This document shows positions 58,799 through 64,000 of a DNA stretch of 64,000 nucleotides, piece by piece; within the stretch, counting starts at the first letter, position 1; each line of letters begins with the position of its first letter. Made by a program: the position numbers and the translations under genes. Source of the stretch: Kiritimatiellia bacterium (lineage in GTDB: Bacteria > Verrucomicrobiota > Kiritimatiellia > RFP12 > JBMNHG01); contig JBMNHG010000006.1 in NCBI GenBank assembly GCA_050950285.1, positions 1-64,000 on the forward strand, read 5' to 3'. The notes under the pieces are model-generated. The model was not told where the DNA came from and did not search any database. It worked only from the letters and a program-made list of their open reading frames with translations.

Positions 58799-61542
58799 GG
58801 GGCCGCCGTGGGCCCGACGTCCCCGGCGGGCACGGGGATTTCCTCCGGAACGGGGGCTTCCGGCGCGGCGCCGGGCGCGGCGTCGGGCGCGAGGGTGACG
58901 CTCGTTTCCTCGTAGTCGAGGGTGACGCCCCGCAGCCGTTCGGAGGAGAGGTCGCTGAAGTGGATGAAGGGGACTTCGCCCTGCGGGGTGTCCAGCGCCT
59001 CGCGGATCTCGGGATCATCGGTGGCGCCGGGGATTTCCTCGTTGAGGCCGGTGAGGTTCCCGCTGAGCGGGTTGCGCGGCGGCATGACGGTTTCGCCGCC
59101 CTGCGACAGGATCTTCCGGGCCTGCCCGGGAGGAAGCGGATCGGCGAGGCGGGAGTGCGACCAGGCGGAGTCCCAGATGCCGTCGGTGTCGAGCGAGGCC
59201 TTGATGTTGCGGGCGTCGTCCTCCATTTCGGTGGAGGTGTCGATCACGCGCGGCGTGAGGAAGACGATGATTTCGGTGCGCGTGGAGATGTCCGTGTCGT
59301 GGCGGAAGAGCCAGCCGAGGAGGGGGATCGACCCGAGGATGGGCACCTTGGTGCGCGTGCGGGTGACGGAATTGTGGGCGAGGCCGCCGAAGACCACGGT
59401 TTCGCCGGACTGGACGGCGACGTCGGCGCCCATCGTGCGCGTGGAGAGCTTGGGATACTGGGAGTCGCCGATGCTCTCGTAGCCGTCGTTCGCCTGGATC
59501 TCCTGCTTGGCGGTGAGGGTGATGTAGCCGCGCTTGTTGATGCGCGGGGTGACGGTGAGCTTGATGCCGACGTCCTCGCTCTTGATGGTGTCGGTGGTAT
59601 AGGTGTCGTAGTGGGTCGAGCCTTCCTTCCAGTAGATGCGCTCGGTGGATTCGAGGGTGGCCTCCTTGTTGTCCATGGTGGTGATGCGCGGGGAGGACAT
59701 GAGGCGTGCGCGGCTGTCCGACTGGATGGCGGAGAGGAAGAGGTCCGTGTTGAGGTCGAAGACGGTGAGCCAGGCGCTGATGCCGCCACCGGCCGCGGCG
59801 AGGCTTTCGGCAGTGGTGAGGCCCATGGTGTTGACGGGGTTGCCCGAGCCTCCGCCGCCTGCGGTTGCGAAGGAGATGGCGGGGGAGGAGTTCTTCTTGC
59901 CGGAGTAGCTGACCATGGCGCGCTGGACCCAGTCCATGCCGGTCTCGTTCGAGTCGGTGAAAGTGACCGAGACGATGACGGTTTCGATCACGACCTGGGA
60001 AAGCTGGATGTCCATGTCGGCGATGATGCCCCTGACGGTTTCGACGTCGCCCTTCGATGCCATGATGATGATGGCGTTGGAGCGTTCGTCGGAGAGGATC
60101 TTCACGTCCTCCTTTTTGAGCTCGCCGAGCTTGGACTTCTTTTCGGCGGCGGGTTCGGCATCGGTCGTGACGCCTCGGCGGATGCGGTCCGAGGCTTCCG
60201 CGAGGGATTCGCTCTCGGTGCGGTCGTCTTTCCTGGCGACGGTGGTCTTGGCGTCGGTGTCGGATGCGGAAGAGGTGTTGCCGATGAGGTCGTTGAGCAT
60301 CGTCGCGACGTCCTTGGCCTGGGCGTATTCGAGGCGGACGACCTCGACGATCACGTCGGGGGCGGTTTGGACCTCCACGTCGAGGACGTTGATGATGCGG
60401 TCGAAGAAGGCCATGTTCTCGGGGCGCGTGATGATGATGAGCAGGTTGGTGCGTTCGTCGGCCACGATCTGCACCTTGCCGCGGATGACGCCTCGTTCGG
60501 CGTCCGCGACGAGGGTTTCCTGGATGGTGTTGCCGGCGGGCTCCGGCGTGGCGGCCTGCGGAGGCCGCCGGAGGGGGGGGCGGATGACGCCGGGCGGGGT
60601 GGCGGGGATCTGCTCGCGGACGATTCCGGGGGCGCCGGAGCTCCTCGATACGGGGGCTTCGGTGGGGCCTTGCTGTGCCTTCTGGGCTTCGGCGACGATT
60701 TCCTCGAGGCGCCTCTTGATGTCCACGGCCTTGGCGTACTTGAGGGGGCGGACGTTGGTTTCGTCGCGGATTTCGAGCGGCTGGTCGATGAAGCGGATGA
60801 TTTCCATCATGCGGTTCACGTTGTCGGTGGTGTCCGTCACGAGGATGGAATTGGTGCGTTCGAAGAGCTGGATTTGGCCGGAGTCGCGCTTGAAGCCTTC
60901 GAGGGCCTTCCGGGCTTCCTCGATGGTGATGTTCTTGAGGGAGATCATCTGGCTGACCATGCGTCCGTCTTCGACGTGCAGGCCGCCGTCGGGCTCTTCG
61001 AGTTCGGTGGTGATGCCGAGTTTCCGGAGATCCTTCGAGGGAAGCACCTTGAGGAAGACGTCGCCGTCGGGCACGAGCGAGATGCCGTGCATCACGAGGA
61101 CGGTTTCGATGGCGCGGAGGTACTCTTCGGGGAGGAGTTCGGACTGGCTTCGGAGGGAGATGGTGGCCTTGGGGACGGCAGGATCGATGAGGAGGGTCTT
61201 GCCGGTTTCGGCGGCGTAGGCGGCGAGGAGGATGTCGGAGGGGGCCTGTTCGAACTTGAGTTCGTAGCTCTTGGCGTCGCCGGGGGCGGACGTCGCGTCG
61301 TCAGCGGCGCTGGCGGGGGCGATGTCGGGGGGGAACCGCGCGGCGATGTCCTCGGCCGTTGGGGGGCGGATTCCGGGGGGGCGTTCGAGGCGGCGGACGG
61401 GGGCCTGCGCATCCTCGATGGGAGCGGGTTCTGCGGGCTCCTGGGCGAATGCGGGGAGGAGGAGGGCGGCACACAGGAGGGTGGTGGCGCCCCGGAAGAA
61501 GAGGGAGTGGCCGGTGGATTGGATCATGGCAGGAATCCTCAT
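58795..61542 (-). CDS. gspD: Type II secretion system secretin (GspD-like)
   Basis: Signal peptide, N0 domain, repeated N domains (ERTNSILV, ADERTNLLII, SDERSNAIII), QVVIETVIVSV, SSPRITTMDNKEA, DVGIKLTVTPRIN, KVPILGSIPLLGWLF, TEIIVFLTPRVI. Confidence 0.93.
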   Translation of the reverse strand: MRIPAMIQSTGHSLFFRGATTLLCAALLLPAFAQEPAEPAPIEDAQAPVRRLERPPGIRPPTAEDIAARFPPDIAPASAADDATSAPGDAKSYELKFEQAPSDILLAAYAAETGKTLLIDPAVPKATISLRSQSELLPEEYLRAIETVLVMHGISLVPDGDVFLKVLPSKDLRKLGITTELEEPDGGLHVEDGRMVSQMISLKNITIEEARKALEGFKRDSGQIQLFERTNSILVTDTTDNVNRMMEIIRFIDQPLEIRDETNVRPLKYAKAVDIKRRLEEIVAEAQKAQQGPTEAPVSRSSGAPGIVREQIPATPPGVIRPPLRRPPQAATPEPAGNTIQETLVADAERGVIRGKVQIVADERTNLLIIITRPENMAFFDRIINVLDVEVQTAPDVIVEVVRLEYAQAKDVATMLNDLIGNTSSASDTDAKTTVARKDDRTESESLAEASDRIRRGVTTDAEPAAEKKSKLGELKKEDVKILSDERSNAIIIMASKGDVETVRGIIADMDIQLSQVVIETVIVSVTFTDSNETGMDWVQRAMVSYSGKKNSSPAISFATAGGGGSGNPVNTMGLTTAESLAAAGGGISAWLTVFDLNTDLFLSAIQSDSRARLMSSPRITTMDNKEATLESTERIYWKEGSTHYDTYTTDTIKSEDVGIKLTVTPRINKRGYITLTAKQEIQANDGYESIGDSQYPKLSTRTMGADVAVQSGETVVFGGLAHNSVTRTRTKVPILGSIPLLGWLFRHDTDISTRTEIIVFLTPRVIDTSTEMEDDARNIKASLDTDGIWDSAWSHSRLADPLPPGQARKILSQGGETVMPPRNPLSGNLTGLNEEIPGATDDPEIREALDTPQGEVPFIHFSDLSSERLRGVTLDYEETSVTLAPDAAPGAAPEAPVPEEIPVPAGDVGPTAAP

Positions 61543-62135
61543 GGCGTTTCGGCGTCGGGGGAGGCGTCGGGCGATCCGGCGGGGGCAGACCCCGCGTCGT
61601 CGCGAAGGTAGGCGCAATACAGGGTGAAGTCGCCACGCAGCTGGCCGACGTTGTTGGGGGCGGGCCTCACATACATCTGGCGGATGTCGAGCATGGCGCC
61701 CTCCGCATGGAGGTCGTAGAGGAAGCGGACGAGGCTGTCGAGCGTGGCTTCGAAATCCTTGCAGACAATGGGCATCTCGTAGGCGTCGCCCGTGACGATC
61801 TCGGCGCCGATCTGGCGCTTGCCGATGCTCACCCCGTGGCGGCTGGCCACCTTGTCCATGACGCCCAGCCAGTAGGTGTCGACGCGGCGGTCGGAGGCGA
61901 AGACGGGCATCATGTCGCGCAGCTCGTCGAACTGGCGCCGCCATTCGGGCTCCTGACCGATGAGGGCGCGCTGCTCCCTCCGCTGGTCGGAGAGGGCTTG
62001 CCGGACGCGCCCCTTCTCGTTCCAGTAGGCGGGGGTGAGGCGGTCGCCCAGGACAAGCAGGAGCACGGCGTAGAGCACGACCATCACGGCGACACCGGCG
62101 AGGGCCTTTTCATGGTTGGAGGCGACGCTGCTCAT
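61539..62135 (-). CDS. GspM/PilO-like inner-membrane platform protein
   Basis: N-terminal TM, coiled coil, ferredoxin-like tail (LDSLVRFLYDL). Translationally coupled to its neighbours. Confidence 0.75.
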   Translation of the reverse strand: MSSVASNHEKALAGVAVMVVLYAVLLLVLGDRLTPAYWNEKGRVRQALSDQRREQRALIGQEPEWRRQFDELRDMMPVFASDRRVDTYWLGVMDKVASRHGVSIGKRQIGAEIVTGDAYEMPIVCKDFEATLDSLVRFLYDLHAEGAMLDIRQMYVRPAPNNVGQLRGDFTLYCAYLRDDAGSAPAGSPDASPDAETP

Positions 62136-63613
62136 CGGCGGCCTCCTTCCCTTTCGGGCTTCGGATCGAAACGGGCGTCCACTTCGAAGCGCTCGACCCT
62201 CCTGGCGGCGTTTCGGGTGGGGCCGGTGAGGGTGGAATTGTCGAAGAGGCCGCAGTTGGAGACGGCGTCCTGGAAGGCGTACACCTGGCGGGCTTCGGGG
62301 GCTTCGCCGGCGATCTTGAGGCCGTCTTCGCGGCGGTAGGTGAGGCTGGTGAAGAGGACCTCGTCGGGCAGGACGCCGACAACCACGCGCAGGCATTCGA
62401 GCATCGAGCGCGAGCGATCCATGTACGAGCGGATCAGGCGCACGCGGTCCCGGACATCCCGCACCTCGGCGTACGCGGGCTTGTCGCGTTCGACGGCCTC
62501 CCGCATCCGGGCTTCGATACGGTCGTGGATCTTGGGGGCGAGCAGCAGCCCCGCGAGCAGCAGCACCCAGGCGAGGCCGGCGACGGCCATGGCACCGAAG
62601 TAGCGCTTGCGGGCGACGGCGGAGAGTTCACGCTCCCGCCACGAGGCGGGCAGAAGGTCGAGGGGGGCGGATTGCGCGGCGCGGCGCGCGCATCCGGCTG
62701 CGGCGGGGCCGAGTTCCGCGAAATCGACGAAGCGAACCGGTGCGCCGCCGGCCGCCTTCGAAAGCATGTCGGGCAACTGCGGGCCGGGGGCGGCGTCCGA
62801 GACCAGCAACAGCTCTTCCACGGCCTTGCCGGAACCCTTGAGCTCGGCGCTCAGGAGGGAAAGCGTGAGGTCGAGTGCGAGGTCCTGCGGCGAACGCTCG
62901 CTTCCGAGGCTGCGGCAAAGCACCGGGGCGCCCCCTTCGAGCAGGAGCACGTCCCATTCGCCGGCACGGCCGATCAGCACCACGTTCCGCCCGTCGCCCT
63001 GGGGGAGGACACGCGCGGAGGACAGGGTCCACCACCAGCCCAGGAGGGCGGAATCGATGCGACGGGCTTTGAGGCCGGCACTGCTGAGACGCGCATCCCA
63101 GCGGTCGGCGGTCGGCTTCGGGAGCGCGGCGGCGAAGACGCGGAGCGTCGTCTCCGTCTCGGCGAGGGTCTCGTGGCTCGAGGCGAGTTCGTCGCCCGGG
63201 AAGGGGGAGATGGCCTCCATCTGCAGCGGGACGATCTCCTCGAGGTCGCCGCCCGCTTCGCTGGGAAGTTCCAGCACCTTCACCAGCAGCTGGGAGGTGG
63301 GGAGGGCAAGCGACAGCGTTCCCCCGCCGAGTTCGGCGGCGGCCCGGCGGAGGATGCCGGCCCATCGGGCGTCCTCGCGGCGATTCGACTCGTCGGCCGC
63401 ATCGGCATCGGGCGCGCGTCCGGCGGCTTCGGCGGAGGGTTCGTCCGGCGAGGCCGTCGATTCCGCGGAGTCGCCTCGGGGCGGGAGGGGCCAGAAGCCG
63501 GAGGCCTCTGCAGACCAGCCTTCGCCGGAGCGCGACATCCGCACGCCGTGAAGCCCATCCGGCCCCGCAACGAGCGACATCCAATCCGCGTTTTTTTTCT
63601 TCGGGAACATCAT
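62132..63613 (-). CDS. GspL-like (PilM+PilN-type) protein
   Basis: Actin-like cytoplasmic part (LALPTSQLLVKVLELP...ISPFP), LDLLP motif, a TM, and PilN-like LPDEVLFTSLTY...LKIAGEA. Confidence 0.78.
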   Translation of the reverse strand: MMFPKKKNADWMSLVAGPDGLHGVRMSRSGEGWSAEASGFWPLPPRGDSAESTASPDEPSAEAAGRAPDADAADESNRREDARWAGILRRAAAELGGGTLSLALPTSQLLVKVLELPSEAGGDLEEIVPLQMEAISPFPGDELASSHETLAETETTLRVFAAALPKPTADRWDARLSSAGLKARRIDSALLGWWWTLSSARVLPQGDGRNVVLIGRAGEWDVLLLEGGAPVLCRSLGSERSPQDLALDLTLSLLSAELKGSGKAVEELLLVSDAAPGPQLPDMLSKAAGGAPVRFVDFAELGPAAAGCARRAAQSAPLDLLPASWRERELSAVARKRYFGAMAVAGLAWVLLLAGLLLAPKIHDRIEARMREAVERDKPAYAEVRDVRDRVRLIRSYMDRSRSMLECLRVVVGVLPDEVLFTSLTYRREDGLKIAGEAPEARQVYAFQDAVSNCGLFDNSTLTGPTRNAARRVERFEVDARFDPKPEREGGRR

Positions 63614-63781
63614 TGAAAGCAAAAGTGTACCGAAACGGGGACGCCGTTCCAAGAAGAAAGGCATTTGCTTTTCCCCCATCCGAATCCGAATCCGAGGAGC
63701 AATGGAATTGACATCGCTCCCTTTGGGGTGTATCGTGTTTTCCGTTTTTTCTAGTTCCCAGACCTATAAGGAAGGTGTCTC

Positions 63782-64000
63782 GTGAATTTCATGGCTCCAT
63801 TGTTGTCGCTTCAGGAGATTGATGGTCGTATTCGCGAGTTGCAGCAGGAAATCCGCGACATACCCACGCGAAAGGGCATGGAGAAGGGCCGTCTCAGCGA
63901 TACGACGGAGCGCTTGGAAAGCGCAAAGGCGAAGTATCAGGGCATGCAGGCCAAGATTGCGGACCTCGACACCTCCATCGCCCTGCAGAACGAACGGATT
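63782..64000 (+). CDS. Coiled-coil protein of the C4 zinc-ribbon (DUF164/CT398-like) family, running off the window
   Basis: AAGGAAGG RBS and GTG start. MNFMAPLLSLQEIDGRIRELQQEIRDIP matches the typical LxxLQxIDxxI N-terminus. Confidence 0.7.
   Translation, partial: MNFMAPLLSLQEIDGRIRELQQEIRDIPTRKGMEKGRLSDTTERLESAKAKYQGMQAKIADLDTSIALQNERI

Noticed and set aside
1999..63616. Numerous long overlapping or antisense ORFs (e.g. 1999..5178 -, 39274..42207 -, 57907..61611 +, and the 5' parts of 31041.. and 40734..)
   Set aside because: They are Arg/Pro/Ala-rich shadow frames expected in very GC-rich DNA, have no motifs, and overlap better-supported genes.
1..64000. CRISPR array, rRNA or tRNA genes
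   Set aside because: No regularly spaced repeat-spacer series or recognisable structural RNA gene was seen by eye. A covariance-model scan would be needed to exclude small RNAs.

Overview
Positions 1-~2070 are AT-rich DNA (a frameshifted IS30 transposase and a secreted Ig/CARDB protein in the style of Patescibacteria). They are fused mid-gene to a very GC-rich genome whose protein style suggests PVC group/Kiritimatiellia (inference). The GC-rich part holds two related polymorphic-toxin loci that share an unusual architecture: a small partner gene ending in a hydrophobic-Arg tail, then a giant protein with a membrane-anchored N-terminus and DxDxDG Ca-binding repeats, then a variable C-terminal toxin, then multiplied immunity genes. 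Locus 1 (2.07-21.9 kb) is a frameshifted Rhs protein with a Tle1/DUF2235 lipase tip. It is followed by orphan Rhs cassettes (a Tlde1/DUF2778 tip and a papain-like tip with a GspG-like putative immunity gene), which are hit by a group II intron with non-matching flanks and by an IS1634 element. Locus 2 (45.8-56.7 kb, minus strand) is a non-Rhs 1438-aa protein with a possible colicin-M-like DxYDFN tip, three mosaic paralogous secreted genes, and a patchwork pseudogene built from pieces of both loci. Between the loci lie IS4 elements inside a phage-like polyvalent protein fragment, a GH-A hydrolase, a glycine-rich protein, housekeeping genes (gltX, recQ, trxB, metG, lysS, an RsmC-like methyltransferase, recO) and a large NHL/FlgD protein. 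The right end carries an RDD protein, an RluA homologue lacking the catalytic Asp, and a T2SS/T4P-like secretin operon. No rRNA, tRNA or CRISPR array was seen. The many single-base frameshifts in the first 30 kb may be consensus errors. All family assignments are by eye from motifs; no database search was run.
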